64,000 nt of DNA from Lachnoclostridium sp. UBA6558 (GCA_002434335.1 DJJW01000077.1:19873-83872), one strand, 5' to 3'; positions 20,645 to 31,696 are shown, counted from the stretch's first letter. Numbers and translations are program-made. The notes: generated by a model not told the origin, from the letters alone.

Positions 20645-21499
20645 ATGCCCCAATATGATCGCCATAAAGGCAGAACTGTGTTAATTGAATTTATAACAGC
20701 CGAGTCTTTTGAGAGCCTTCCTTATGCAGAGAGGTTTACTCTGATTTTTCTCACAACGGGAAGCATAAGCGGAGCTTTAAATGACCGTCCGATAAAAATT
20801 ACTGCTCCGGGTATCCTGTGTATATCAAAAGACGACAAAGTAGAGATTTTTGAGAAAGAGAATGCCTTTGCCCAGTCCTTTTGTTTCCATCCGGTTTTTC
20901 TGAACAGTATTCCCGTAGCAGAGGGACAGGATTATATTGCAACCAAGCTGAAAATACGAACGGGAATATCTCTTTTTGAAAGGGACGGCCTGCACACAGG
21001 AGTACCACTTATTACGGAAAAAGCCTATCCGCAATTGTTGGAGTGGTTCTTCGTCCTTGGAACAGAGGTGTATGCTCAAAGTGATTCCAGGTGGGTATGC
21101 AGAATCAAGCGATACCTGATACAGATACTCGGACTGCTTGAGGATCTGAACCGCCAAAGTGAACAATCGCCCGTTGATATTGTATTGGAATATATACATA
21201 CCAATTATCCTGATAAAATCAGCCTGGTGGATTTGACAAGCTGCGCTCACTTGAACCGGGTATCCTTAAATAAGCTGTTTCAGGATAGATGCGGCAATAC
21301 AGCAATGGGTTATCTCCTGTCCCACAGGTTAAAGGTAGCCGGCGACCTGCTAACCCATACAGGTATGAGCCTTAATGAGATTGCACGCTCTACAGGGTTT
21401 GAGTATGATACCTATTTTATAAAACAATTTACTGCAAAGGTTGGGATGTCTCCTACTGCCTATCGGAATACTACCCGTGAGATGATAAACCTAATATAA
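20645..21499 (+). CDS. AraC-family transcriptional regulator
   Basis: C-terminal double HTH (IARSTGFEYDTYFIKQF...GMSPTAYR); divergent from gap. Confidence 0.9.
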   Translation: MPQYDRHKGRTVLIEFITAESFESLPYAERFTLIFLTTGSISGALNDRPIKITAPGILCISKDDKVEIFEKENAFAQSFCFHPVFLNSIPVAEGQDYIATKLKIRTGISLFERDGLHTGVPLITEKAYPQLLEWFFVLGTEVYAQSDSRWVCRIKRYLIQILGLLEDLNRQSEQSPVDIVLEYIHTNYPDKISLVDLTSCAHLNRVSLNKLFQDRCGNTAMGYLLSHRLKVAGDLLTHTGMSLNEIARSTGFEYDTYFIKQFTAKVGMSPTAYRNTTREMINLI

Positions 21500-21724
21500 C
21501 ATGTGAATTATAGGATTTAGTTAACGGCAAAATGAAGATTTAGTACGCTTACCGGGCATAAGAGTAGCACTTGAAATCAGTGCTAAGGGGCATTTTTAAC
21601 TCAGTAGAAAAGTGTCCCTAGATTTTGTAAAGCATTATATTTATAATTTCCTTGTAGGATATAGATAAGAGCCTTATTATAGTCTTACAAAATACAATGA
21701 AACGAATATACAGTACGTTAAGGG

Positions 21725-22612
21725 ATGGAGAAGGAAATGAAAAATATAACCACAAGACAATTCAGGATACTTGCAGATCATATGGACATCTATCAGTTCA
21801 TGACGGATATTTATGAAAAGGACTGGAGAAACGGCGTTCCGGCACCGTTTTTTGAGTATGCTTTATCCTCCTCCTGGATGGATAAGTCCTATACGCACAG
21901 AAACCGGATATGGGAGGATCAGGGGGAGATCGTTGCCTTTTGTTTTACTGAAAATCCGGTAACGGATATATTCTTTAGCCTCAAACCTGGTTATGAAGAG
22001 CTTGCAGAGGAGATGGTTCAATATGCAGATGAATATATGCCCCATATAGACTCTAAATTTCAGCTAAGGCTATTCGGAGGGCAGAAGGCTATCATAGAAG
22101 AGGCCAGAAAGCAGGGCTATCAACAGGTCAGTGAAAATATGGATATGATTTATGAATACGATAAACCACTGGATTACAAGCTTCCAGAAGGGTTTCGCTA
22201 TGTAGAACAGGGGAAATACGATGTTTCCAAATCTGTGGAATGCTGCTGGAAAGGCTTTGATCATGAGGCAGAGGAAGGTCCCTGGAATGGAGATGCAGAA
22301 GCGGGATATCATTTATTGCAAGCACCTCATGCCACCAAGCAGTATGCAGTTGCAATTGAAAATGAAGCAGGAGAATATGTCTGTTGGGCGGGCATGTGGT
22401 GGGTTCCGGAAAATAATCTGGCATATATGGAACCTCTTTGCACCATACCTGAATACCGAAAGATGGGTTTGGCAGCAGCAGCTCTTTCTGAACTGTATCG
22501 TAGAATGAAACCTTTGGGAGCTACTCATATGACCGGAGGCAGTAATCCTTTCTATGCGAAGATAGGCTATAAGCCCATGATTAACTGGACCTGCTGGAAG
22601 AAAGAACAGTAA
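21725..22612 (+). CDS. GNAT N-acetyltransferase
   Basis: EPLCTIPEYRKMGLA acetyl-CoA motif. Confidence 0.85.
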   Translation: MEKEMKNITTRQFRILADHMDIYQFMTDIYEKDWRNGVPAPFFEYALSSSWMDKSYTHRNRIWEDQGEIVAFCFTENPVTDIFFSLKPGYEELAEEMVQYADEYMPHIDSKFQLRLFGGQKAIIEEARKQGYQQVSENMDMIYEYDKPLDYKLPEGFRYVEQGKYDVSKSVECCWKGFDHEAEEGPWNGDAEAGYHLLQAPHATKQYAVAIENEAGEYVCWAGMWWVPENNLAYMEPLCTIPEYRKMGLAAAALSELYRRMKPLGATHMTGGSNPFYAKIGYKPMINWTCWKKEQ

Positions 22613-22761
22613 TTACATTATATTTGTATATTACTACCAAAGAAACAGCTGATTTACCGGATACCTCCTATCATTTGATTCATTGTAGTTTGGATGTTAG
22701 TTGTTTATACTATTATACAAACTGAAAGGCGTGATTGTAAGAACCATAGGAGGGAAGCCGG

Positions 22762-23172
22762 ATGGATGAAGCGAAAAAAATTGTATGTACCTTAATTATT
22801 CCCGGTAAAATTTACAGGGAACTAAAGGAGGAGGTAAGAGAACTCTTTGTAGAAGAGGAGGGTCTATATTCTGCGCAATTCCCGGCAGATACTACAGAGA
22901 ATACTTTTCTGGGGGAATTTATCTGTGCTTTTTGTGAGGTGGTATTAATCATGAATAATCCAAAGTATGAAGTAACGGAAGAATGTCAATTAAGTACCGA
23001 ATTATTAAGGTTTGGCACCTCGGAAGAATCTTACTGTCTTTTGGTGAATATAAAATATCCCGGTTCTGATAAAGTACATCATGACACACTGTATTTTAAA
23101 GAAGTATCCCAGAGCTTAGGGTTTTACACCTTTGAATTACTGGGGGATCAGACCCTTTTTTCCATAGATTAG
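22762..23172 (+). CDS. Hypothetical protein
   Basis: 136-aa ORF with AGGAGG RBS. Confidence 0.7.
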   Translation: MDEAKKIVCTLIIPGKIYRELKEEVRELFVEEEGLYSAQFPADTTENTFLGEFICAFCEVVLIMNNPKYEVTEECQLSTELLRFGTSEESYCLLVNIKYPGSDKVHHDTLYFKEVSQSLGFYTFELLGDQTLFSID

Positions 23173-23597
23173 TAGATACATACTAGGTCTTTTTGGTTTT
23201 TAATGAACCTTATAAATCGAGCTAAGAACAAGAAATACACCGCAGAAATAAATACACCGCAGAAATAAATACACAGAAGAAGTTGTATGGAATTCCTGTA
23301 GCATAGGGATATAATAGTAAATAATTCGATTTAGTATAGGATAAGCAAAGAAATTCAAGGCATATCCGTATCTAAATACGATTTTACTCTTAAAGCCTGA
23401 TGCATAGGAATATCATACAGCTTTTTTTATGTGTTCTAGCTATATCAAGGGTAACTACGTTGAACATAAAAACAAGAGTGAACATACCCATAATGCAATA
23501 CAGACGGTTTGAAGTGCAGGATAAACAGTCATCTATTGTATTTAAGACAGATTTCCGTATAATGGAGATATCGCTGCAGGATAAAGGAAGATTTAAC

Positions 23598-24065
23598 ATG
23601 AAGATTAATCTATACCGGGAAGATAAATTACCGGAAAACTATATGGATATTCATTATAAGGAAATGGATTCCAGTATTCAGGGAATCATTGAATTCTGTG
23701 AAGCCTCTCAGGTTATTATTGGGAGAAATGACAAACTTCAGAAAAAGATATTTCCCTCTGACATTTATTATTGTGAGATAGTCGATAGAAAATGCTATGC
23801 ATATTTAAAGGAAGAGGTCTATCACATAGATTACACCATACAAAAACTACAGGAGCTGTACACGGTAAAGGGGCTTGCAAGAATCAGCAAAGCCATGCTG
23901 GTAAACATCTATAAAATTGACCGGTTGAAAACGGACCTTAATATGAGAGTGCATATTTACCTGGATAATGGTGAGAAGGTAATCTTAAACAGAGCATATA
24001 AAAAGGAATTCCTGAATTATCTTCATGAAAGAATAAAGGAGTATGGATATGAAACTGATAGATAA
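23598..24065 (+). CDS. Stand-alone LytTR DNA-binding regulator
   Basis: DIYYCEIVDRKCY, RISKAMLVNI, LDNGEKVILNRAY; no receiver domain. Confidence 0.88.
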   Translation: MKINLYREDKLPENYMDIHYKEMDSSIQGIIEFCEASQVIIGRNDKLQKKIFPSDIYYCEIVDRKCYAYLKEEVYHIDYTIQKLQELYTVKGLARISKAMLVNIYKIDRLKTDLNMRVHIYLDNGEKVILNRAYKKEFLNYLHERIKEYGYETDR

Positions 24066-24480
24066 GAAGAATTTTCTGCCCACTGTTTGCACAGTGTATA
24101 CGGTAATATCATTCATTAAAATTATACTGGAAGCTTTTTTTATACATACACAGGATACCAGTTATATCAATTTTGTTTGGATTTTTATAATATCCGTTAT
24201 TGCAACCTTTATCTTATCCCTTCATTATTATCTGCAGAAATTTCCCCTTGTACCGGTTATTGCGGGCCAGTATCTGGTCTTGCTAGCAATCGTAGCCCTG
24301 GGGGTGTTTATAGAAGGGAATTTCGTTCCTCTGCATGCCGATGCATACAGGGATATGTTCTGGTCTGTTACAATACCTTATATTGCAGGCGCCCTGATAT
24401 ATTATTTTCAATTCTGGCTGGAAATTAATAAAGCAGGTAAGTTAATCAAAGACCTAAAAAAATACCAACAAAATAAGTAG
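24049..24480 (+). CDS. 4-TM membrane protein coupled to the LytTR regulator
   Basis: Four hydrophobic segments, C-terminal EINKAGKLIK; overlaps the lytTR stop. Confidence 0.75.
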   Translation: MKLIDKKNFLPTVCTVYTVISFIKIILEAFFIHTQDTSYINFVWIFIISVIATFILSLHYYLQKFPLVPVIAGQYLVLLAIVALGVFIEGNFVPLHADAYRDMFWSVTIPYIAGALIYYFQFWLEINKAGKLIKDLKKYQQNK

Positions 24481-24559
24481 AAGAAGGCTGATGGAAAGAA
24501 AGGACGTTTTTCAACAGACGGACTTCTACGTGTGTCACGGCACACAGAAGGGAATTTAT

Positions 24560-25222
24560 ATGAAAAAGACAGCTGGTCTTGGAAGAAGATATATGGAGCT
24601 GGCACTTTATGCCTTTGCGGGTTTGGGAATCGAAATGCTTTATGCTTTTTTAATTGAACCGTTACTCTATGGAGTATCTATGGATAAATGGACGACAGGT
24701 CAGAGTGTAATACACTGGATTGTTACTTGTATAACCTGGGGGATAATGGCTTACCTTATCATAAGAGAGTCAAAAGAGAAAGTTGGTTTTGACGTTCTGA
24801 AAACAGATGCCAAGAAAATGAAGTTATGGCAATGGCTGCTTGTAATCCTTTGTATTGCCCTTCTATTATTTGTCAAGTACAGAGACTGGGGCGGGTTTAA
24901 GCCGGTAATTGAATTTCAGAAATTGGGATTGGTGAAATTCCTCTTTCAGTATATCTATTATGCTTTTGAAACAGTGCTTTTTATGTTGATATTAATTTTT
25001 GGGCAGAAAGCATGTGAAGTATGGTTTCGTAAGGAGAAAATCCCATACGGAGGAATTGTTGTTGCGTTAACCTGGGGACTTGTACATATCCTGACCAAAG
25101 GCAGCCTTGCAACAGGTATCCTGGCAGCAGGCGCAGGTTTTTCATTTGGTGTTACCTATTTATTGCTGAATAGAGATGTCAGGAAAGTGTATCCCGTGTT
25201 ATTTATCATGTTTGCTTTATAA
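24560..25222 (+). CDS. Multi-TM membrane protein (possibly CPBP/Abi-like)
   Basis: Several TMs; YYAFE...GQKACE, WGLVH. Confidence 0.65.
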   Translation: MKKTAGLGRRYMELALYAFAGLGIEMLYAFLIEPLLYGVSMDKWTTGQSVIHWIVTCITWGIMAYLIIRESKEKVGFDVLKTDAKKMKLWQWLLVILCIALLLFVKYRDWGGFKPVIEFQKLGLVKFLFQYIYYAFETVLFMLILIFGQKACEVWFRKEKIPYGGIVVALTWGLVHILTKGSLATGILAAGAGFSFGVTYLLLNRDVRKVYPVLFIMFAL

Positions 25223-25350
25223 AGCAAGCGCAGATGGGGCTTTATACGAATTCTTACGGGCATTATCAGGTAATCCAATATGGAATACAAAATATTGATT
25301 AGAATGGGGGCTTTGGCATATCACTTGTCTGAGATACAGCCCCCTGTTAT

Positions 25351-26271
25351 TTATTTTTTAAAGGATTTTAACAAACGGAGAAAATGATTGGCTTCACGTA
25401 AGGTGTGGTCTCCTAACAGAGGGATAATAATTGATCTTACCTTACATTCCAGGATACCCTGTGTACCCTGTGCCTTAAAGTCACGAATGGCTTTGGTTGC
25501 TTTCAGGCTGTCAGCGGTTACTTTTGAAAATGGAACGGTATTATCCATAGCAGCCAGCGCCTCTGCTGTTAACTGGTCAAATTCATTACCGAAGTTATTG
25601 GCGGCTGCAAACAGGTCTTCTTCCGTGGGGTCCAGCAAGCCGCGGATAAATTTTGCATGCTCTGCCATAATGTTATTCCAGAAAGCTTCCTGTTCCAAGG
25701 CTTCGTCCTCAATATCAAAATCCGCACCGCTTTGCAGGCATTTGAGCATGTTCAGATAGAGTGTAGCTTCTCTGATAATATGTTCGATAAGAAGCGGATA
25801 ATTTACTGTGAACATCTTACAGCATAAGACATTGGATAAAATATTTGTTTTGAATTCAATTAAGGCACATACTAAATTGATGGCTCTTTCGTTAAGCTCA
25901 CAAACTCTTTGTTCCAGCCCTCTGATAGAGGGATAACAGCTGCCCGACATCAGATTCATTTCTGCTTTGGTCAATTCAACAGGTATGTTGACACCCGTAA
26001 AGAAGCAGGAGGCTAATTCTGCATCCACCGTATAGGGGGTAAAAACTTCACCGGATTCTAACACATCAGGGCTTACAATTCCGTTGGAAATGGAGATTAC
26101 CTCCCAGAGCAGTCTGTCGAATTCCATACGAAAGACATCTGCTTGCTGGGTATAGTCGGAATCTCTCGGGGTAAAGCCTATCTGCAAAAAAAAGGAGTGT
26201 TCTTTCATTATTCTTCCAAAAAAAAGATGTAAGTCCAAAGACTGACGGATATAGTCATTTTTGGGGGTCAT
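25351..26271 (-). CDS. DUF2935 domain protein
   Basis: Repeated F(W/G)xxIMxEH and H..REA motifs. Confidence 0.85.
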   Translation of the reverse strand: MTPKNDYIRQSLDLHLFFGRIMKEHSFFLQIGFTPRDSDYTQQADVFRMEFDRLLWEVISISNGIVSPDVLESGEVFTPYTVDAELASCFFTGVNIPVELTKAEMNLMSGSCYPSIRGLEQRVCELNERAINLVCALIEFKTNILSNVLCCKMFTVNYPLLIEHIIREATLYLNMLKCLQSGADFDIEDEALEQEAFWNNIMAEHAKFIRGLLDPTEEDLFAAANNFGNEFDQLTAEALAAMDNTVPFSKVTADSLKATKAIRDFKAQGTQGILECKVRSIIIPLLGDHTLREANHFLRLLKSFKK

Positions 26272-26381
26272 AAGGGAACTCCTTAAAACTGTTCACCTTA
26301 TTGTATGATACAATATTGTGTTTGTGCATAAGTGGAGCCTTTTATATAAAATATATTAATAGCAGCAGTATAATGGAGCAA

Positions 26382-27332
26382 TTAATCCTCTGTGCCTCTG
26401 TGAAATTCCTGCCTGTATTTAGTCGGAGAGCAGCCTTTCAGTTTGCGAAAGACCTTTGAGTAGTAATTTGAATCTGAAAAACCAACATTTAGAGCTGTTT
26501 CTGTTATAGAGATATCCGAACCTGTAACATATAACAGGCTTTTTTCTATACGGTATTCAATAATATACTCGAAAAGAGAAATACCCATATATCTTTTAAA
26601 TAAACGGCAGCATTCGCTTTTACATAAATTAATATATCTGGCAATGTCCGCTAACTCAATCTTTAAAGTATAATGATTCTCTACATAGGTTAAAATCTGT
26701 TTTATTCTACGGATATTCTGTTCCTCAAATTTATTTGCTTCTTTTACCTGGTGTGGTCTGTTGCTTATAAGTGTTCGCCAAAGCTTTAGCAGCAGCAGCT
26801 GGGTATCCAGCTCTACATAATAGCCGTCCTGTTTCGTTATGTTATAAAGCTGCTTCAAATGACTTATAATCTCAGCATGCCAGGTTTCTGACAAATCGAA
26901 ATGCAAAGAAGAAAAGCTTATATCCTGTTGAAGCGGATTAACATATTTGTTCTGTATAAGACTTCCTTCATAGCCATAAATTATTTTTGGATTGAAGGTA
27001 ACGGAGAGATAGTGGCAATCTTTATTCTTATCCATACGCCCTGTGTGCAGGGTATTGGAATTACCAAAGAGTGCTTCTCCCTCTGTGAGGGAATAGATAT
27101 CTTCATTAATCTGGTAGAACATATTTCCTGAAAGAACCAGTGTAAATTCTATTTCTTTATGCCAATGCCATAGGAAAGAGCCGGAGGTATACCTGGAAAG
27201 TGTTTCTTCACTTACCAGCACAGGAAACTGGTAACTACCGTGTTCCTTTATTTCTTTCTGAAACAGGTCTGTTATTATTTGAATTTTATTTGCAGCTTTA
27301 TCCTGCAATTTATCCTGTGTGTCAATCTGCAT
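26382..27332 (-). CDS. AraC-family regulator with cupin sensor
   Basis: WHWHKEIEF; VGFSDSNYYSKVFRK...SPTKYR. Confidence 0.92.
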   Translation of the reverse strand: MQIDTQDKLQDKAANKIQIITDLFQKEIKEHGSYQFPVLVSEETLSRYTSGSFLWHWHKEIEFTLVLSGNMFYQINEDIYSLTEGEALFGNSNTLHTGRMDKNKDCHYLSVTFNPKIIYGYEGSLIQNKYVNPLQQDISFSSLHFDLSETWHAEIISHLKQLYNITKQDGYYVELDTQLLLLKLWRTLISNRPHQVKEANKFEEQNIRRIKQILTYVENHYTLKIELADIARYINLCKSECCRLFKRYMGISLFEYIIEYRIEKSLLYVTGSDISITETALNVGFSDSNYYSKVFRKLKGCSPTKYRQEFHRGTED

Positions 27333-27637
27333 AGGAGGTACCTCATTTCAATTCAGTGTTTGGTATAGGCAGTGTGGCTGATAGAATATATAATTTCTCA
27401 ATTTTCTACCTGTAGATACAATGAATTATAGTATATTCTAGTATATATATCAATAAATACCGCAATATATTACCTATATACCGCAGAATATTAAAGGTCA
27501 TTTCCTGATGATCTGATAAACTGTTAATAAAGACTGAAAACCGAAGTCAGGGGGTATATGAAAATACACTGTACCTTTAAACATGCCCGGGCATAACAGT
27601 TTTCAGACACGTACAGGGGAAAAGGAGATAGGATGGA

Positions 27638-28366
27638 ATGGATTATTGGATGATTATAGCGGTATTATGTGCGTATATAGTAAAAGGACTTTGTGCCTTT
27701 GCCAATACTTTGGTATTCAGTACCATACTTAGTTTTAGAACAAGTAATTTGAATATTACGCCAATTGAATTAATTGTAGGATATCCTGCAAATGCAATTA
27801 TAGCCTGGAAGGAAAGGAAATCTCTTCAGTGGAAAATCTGGATACCGCTTTCGCTTCTTGTAATTGCAGGAAGTATACCGGGGGCGCTGTTGTTAAAGAA
27901 TGCAGACAATACAATTATAAAGATTTTTTTTGGAATTGCGGTAGCTGCCATTGGCGTAGAGATGTTCTTTCGTGAGAGCAGGCAGGTAAAGAAGAAATCT
28001 TCCCCGTTGATTTTGTGGATAATAGGTGCTGTTTCAGGGCTTCTATGTGGATTGTTCGGTATCGGTGCCTTATTAGCTGCATATGTTGGCAGGACAGCAG
28101 ATAATAACCAGTCTTTTCGAGGGAATCTCTGTATGGTATTTCTGGTGGAGAATACCTTTAGAATCCTATTGTATCTGGCAGCCGGAATCATAACTCCCGC
28201 TATAATGAAAACGGCTGTTTTTCTGTTGCCCTTTATGCTGATTGGACTGGGAATTGGAAATTACCTGGCCCGTATCCTGGATGAAAGGAAAGTGAAAAAG
28301 GCGGTTATTCTTTCTTTGATTATATCAGGTGTCTGGTTAGTACTAAAAAATATAGGCTGGCTGTGA
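27638..28366 (+). CDS. TauE/SafE (TSUP) family membrane transporter
   Basis: Two-repeat 8-TM pattern, GSIPGALLL, GLLCGLFGIG. Confidence 0.8.
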   Translation: MDYWMIIAVLCAYIVKGLCAFANTLVFSTILSFRTSNLNITPIELIVGYPANAIIAWKERKSLQWKIWIPLSLLVIAGSIPGALLLKNADNTIIKIFFGIAVAAIGVEMFFRESRQVKKKSSPLILWIIGAVSGLLCGLFGIGALLAAYVGRTADNNQSFRGNLCMVFLVENTFRILLYLAAGIITPAIMKTAVFLLPFMLIGLGIGNYLARILDERKVKKAVILSLIISGVWLVLKNIGWL

Positions 28367-28632
28367 TTAGCCAGGAAAGAGTCCGCCCATAGTACATCAT
28401 TTTTCAGAAGTTATCATAATTTGATAATAAATTGTAAATCTCAAAAGATTTGACAGATATCCCTTTTATGTGATAAAATTAATATAACTGATTTAGAGAT
28501 TATGTTTTAAAGATGCAAATGGTAGTGAAGATATGATAACAGCAAGTGTCATTCGTAGCGAAAGTTAGGAAGGATACCTGCTGTTTTTTTGCGTTCAAAT
28601 CAGTTAAAGTACAAATAAAGAGAGGTAGCGAT

Positions 28633-29115
28633 ATGCCGCAGAACAAGAGAGAAAGTATGATTTTTACAGTAATGATGTGTTTTTTTATGGTACTTTGGAT
28701 GAGTATCTATAATGTTTCCCTTCATATGAAGGGGTTGTCCCTGATAAGTATAAAAGAAGCCTGGACAGGGTTTCCCATTGCTTTTATTGTTGCCTTATGC
28801 TGTGACTTATTTATAGTTTCGGGAGCTGCCAAAGGATTTGCCTTCCGTTATCTGCTCAAAGCAGAAAGCAGCAATATACAAAAAGCCATAACAGTGTCCT
28901 GCTGTATGGTAATACCCATGGTTCTTATCATGTCTTTATATGGTGCTTTCGAAGCTTGTTTTCAATCCGGGGAATGGAGTAAGCTGGCAGTTATCTGGAT
29001 GTTCAATATTCCAAAGAATCTTATAATGGCACTGCCCCTTCAGCTGTTACTGGCAGGTCCTATAATCAGAAGACTTTTTAGAAAAGCATTTCCTGAAGGG
29101 AAGGTACTGGATTAA
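28633..29115 (+). CDS. DUF2798-like membrane protein
   Basis: MPQNKRESMIF...MVLWMSIYN...ALPLQLLLAGP; GAGG RBS. Confidence 0.7.
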   Translation: MPQNKRESMIFTVMMCFFMVLWMSIYNVSLHMKGLSLISIKEAWTGFPIAFIVALCCDLFIVSGAAKGFAFRYLLKAESSNIQKAITVSCCMVIPMVLIMSLYGAFEACFQSGEWSKLAVIWMFNIPKNLIMALPLQLLLAGPIIRRLFRKAFPEGKVLD

Positions 29116-29134
29116 TCACTGATGTTTAGGGGGA

Positions 29135-29482
29135 TTAGGGGAGAATATTCTGGCATGCATTCTCCTTTAAGTTTTCCTTCCCCCAATTGCACATCTCTGA
29201 CAGGATAGGCATAAGTGACAGGCCTTTTTCCGTAAGGGTATATTCCACTTTTGGAGGAATCTGCTGATACTCTGTTCGTATGATGATGTCGTCCCTTTCC
29301 AATTCTTTCAGCTGAGTGCTGAGCATTTTGTGGGTAATTCCCTTAATGGAGCTCATAAGCTCGCCGTATCTTAACACTTCACTTTTCCATATCCAGAACA
29401 TTATGATAATCTTCCATTTCCCGCCTATGATGGACAGGGTATATTCAATGGGTCTGGAGCATACTTCAACTTTTTTTGGCAT
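29135..29482 (-). CDS. HxlR-family winged-helix regulator
   Basis: IIGGKWK, ITHKMLSTQLKELE, PPKVEYTLT. Confidence 0.93.
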   Translation of the reverse strand: MPKKVEVCSRPIEYTLSIIGGKWKIIIMFWIWKSEVLRYGELMSSIKGITHKMLSTQLKELERDDIIIRTEYQQIPPKVEYTLTEKGLSLMPILSEMCNWGKENLKENACQNILP

Positions 29483-29655
29483 GTTTACTTTCCTTTCAGG
29501 TAGTTTTTTCTTCGAATTTCATACTATTACTTTATATCGAAATATATTATACTATTTTATCATACAATGCAAATAGGTTTCTTCAAGCAGAAGAAAGCTT
29601 GAGGAAAATTAATGATAGAATAACCCGTGCTATAGAGCACAGTCAGGAGCCAAGA

Positions 29656-30156
29656 ATGAAAGAAGTAAGAGCAGAAGAATTTAACCTGAGTCCTTTTCAA
29701 TTAATTGGAAGGGAATGGATGTTAGTAACCGCAAAAAAAGGGGATAAGATTAATACCATGACAGCCTCTTGGGGTGGTTTGGGTGTAATGTGGGATAAAA
29801 ATGTTGCTTTTATCGTAATAAGACCCAGTCGATATACAAAAGAATTTATTGACAGTGCGGATACCCTTTCTCTTACATTTTATAAAAAAGAGTATAAAAA
29901 ACAACTGGCTTACTTAGGAAGCGTTTCCGGAAGAGAGGAAGATAAAATCTCAAAATCCAATCTTACAGTAGAGTACGAGGGCGAGACACCCTATTTTAAG
30001 GAAGCAAACCTGGCAATTATCTGCAGGAAGCTGTTTCATCAGGAATTTACTTCCGACTCCTTTGTTGAAACCGGACTTGAGGAGAAATACTATCCAGGAA
30101 AAGATTATCATACTCTGTATATTGCAGAGATAGAAAAGATTCTGGTAAGTGAATAA
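29656..30156 (+). CDS. Flavin reductase-like protein
   Basis: NTMTASWGG, RPSRYT, GSVSGR, YHTLYIAEI; divergent from HxlR. Confidence 0.88.
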   Translation: MKEVRAEEFNLSPFQLIGREWMLVTAKKGDKINTMTASWGGLGVMWDKNVAFIVIRPSRYTKEFIDSADTLSLTFYKKEYKKQLAYLGSVSGREEDKISKSNLTVEYEGETPYFKEANLAIICRKLFHQEFTSDSFVETGLEEKYYPGKDYHTLYIAEIEKILVSE

Positions 30157-30294
30157 CATCGGAGCGCGCTGGAATACTATAGGATTGCATATGGACCCCT
30201 GTCTTAGCTGACAGAGGTCTTTTTCTTTGTTACAGCAAAAAAGAATAGTTATTAAAATTTAATAAGATATTATTTATACTATTTTGAGAGAATA

Positions 30295-30490
30295 ACTTAT
30301 TAAAAACATATCTTCTTAAATATCTAAAAACATATCATCTTAAATATCTAAAACTATATTAAAAAATGATATCTTAAAAAATTATGTCTAAAAAAATTTA
30401 TCTTAACAAATATCTTAAATAAATATCTTAAATACCTAAAAAGGATACCTAAAAAAAAACACCTAAAAAGAACATCTTAAAGCATATCGA
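30295..30490. repeat. AT-rich degenerate short tandem repeats
   Basis: Recurrent AAAAACATATC(T/A)TCTTAAATATCT and ATATCTTAAA units. Confidence 0.7.
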
Positions 30491-30637
30491 AAGATGAAAA
30501 TATTTTAGTATTGTAGTAAAAAGGGTATCTTTAACAAAAGCATATTGATATAATAAAACTAATTATAGTTTTCTATTCTAAATGAAAGGACTGAAAAAGA
30601 GTACAACTGATCAAATCTTTGACCGAAGGAGTTATGT

Positions 30638-31696
30638 ATGAGAAAGTATTATATTGATAATATCCGTATCCTGTGTATTCTGCTGCTGTTTCCTTTTCAT
30701 ACGGCGATGATATTTAATAACTACGGCGAAAACTGGTATGTGCACAGCAAGGGGTCAGAGGCTGCCAGCTTATTTCTTATTGCAGTATATCCCTGGTGGA
30801 TGGCAATATTATTTGCAATGGCAGGAATGTCTGCGGTATATGCGCTTAATAAAAGAACAGCCAAAGAATATCTTAATGAAAGAATACATAAGCTTTTAAT
30901 CCCAACGATAGCGGCTATACTTTTACTGGTGCCGGTGCAGACTTACATAGCAAATCGAACCTTTAACGGTTACAGTGGAAATTATTTGGAGCACCTTAGT
31001 TTTTTCTTCCGCCTGACTGACTGGAGCGGTTACGATGGGCATTTTACAACAGGGCAGCTCTGGTTTACCCTCTATCTCTATCTATATTCCTATTGTTTTT
31101 TATCTCTTATGGTATGGTACAAGAATAGGAATAAGAAGCTTAAGGGTGAGAAGTTCACCTTAATAAAGCTTATACCTATGTTTATACTAATTGCTCTGGT
31201 AACGCCTGTCTTGGATATTGGGGGCAAGAGCATCAGTGAATTTGCTGCTTACTTTTTACTGGGATATTTTGTTCTTAGTATGGAAGAGGTTCAGGAAAGA
31301 CTTAAGAAGTATAGTGCATTGCTGGCTGTATTCTGGGTGGCACTTATAATCTGGCGTTGCATCCTGTACCAAAAGGGATTAGGAGAAGGGCTGTTGTGGG
31401 AGATTGAACAGAGGCTTCTTGCCTGGGTAGGAATACTGGCAGTATTGGGTATTGGCAGGCGTTATCTGGAGTTTAATAATAAGTTTACGTCATACTTTAC
31501 GCCGGCAGCCTTTCCGCTGTATATATTCCACCAAACCATTATTGTAATTATAGGGTATTTTACTATAAGCCATATAGAGGGGTTATTATCCCAATATGTA
31601 ATTATATGCCTGACCTCCTTTGGGTTAACGGTAGCACTGTATGAATTATGCAGACGGATAAGAGTTACCAGATTCTTATTTGGAATTAAGAAATAA
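30638..31696 (+). CDS. Acyltransferase-3 family membrane protein (MdoC-like)
   Basis: RKYYIDNIR...FHTA, ERIHKLLIP, QLWF, FPLYIFHQ. Confidence 0.88.
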   Translation: MRKYYIDNIRILCILLLFPFHTAMIFNNYGENWYVHSKGSEAASLFLIAVYPWWMAILFAMAGMSAVYALNKRTAKEYLNERIHKLLIPTIAAILLLVPVQTYIANRTFNGYSGNYLEHLSFFFRLTDWSGYDGHFTTGQLWFTLYLYLYSYCFLSLMVWYKNRNKKLKGEKFTLIKLIPMFILIALVTPVLDIGGKSISEFAAYFLLGYFVLSMEEVQERLKKYSALLAVFWVALIIWRCILYQKGLGEGLLWEIEQRLLAWVGILAVLGIGRRYLEFNNKFTSYFTPAAFPLYIFHQTIIVIIGYFTISHIEGLLSQYVIICLTSFGLTVALYELCRRIRVTRFLFGIKK

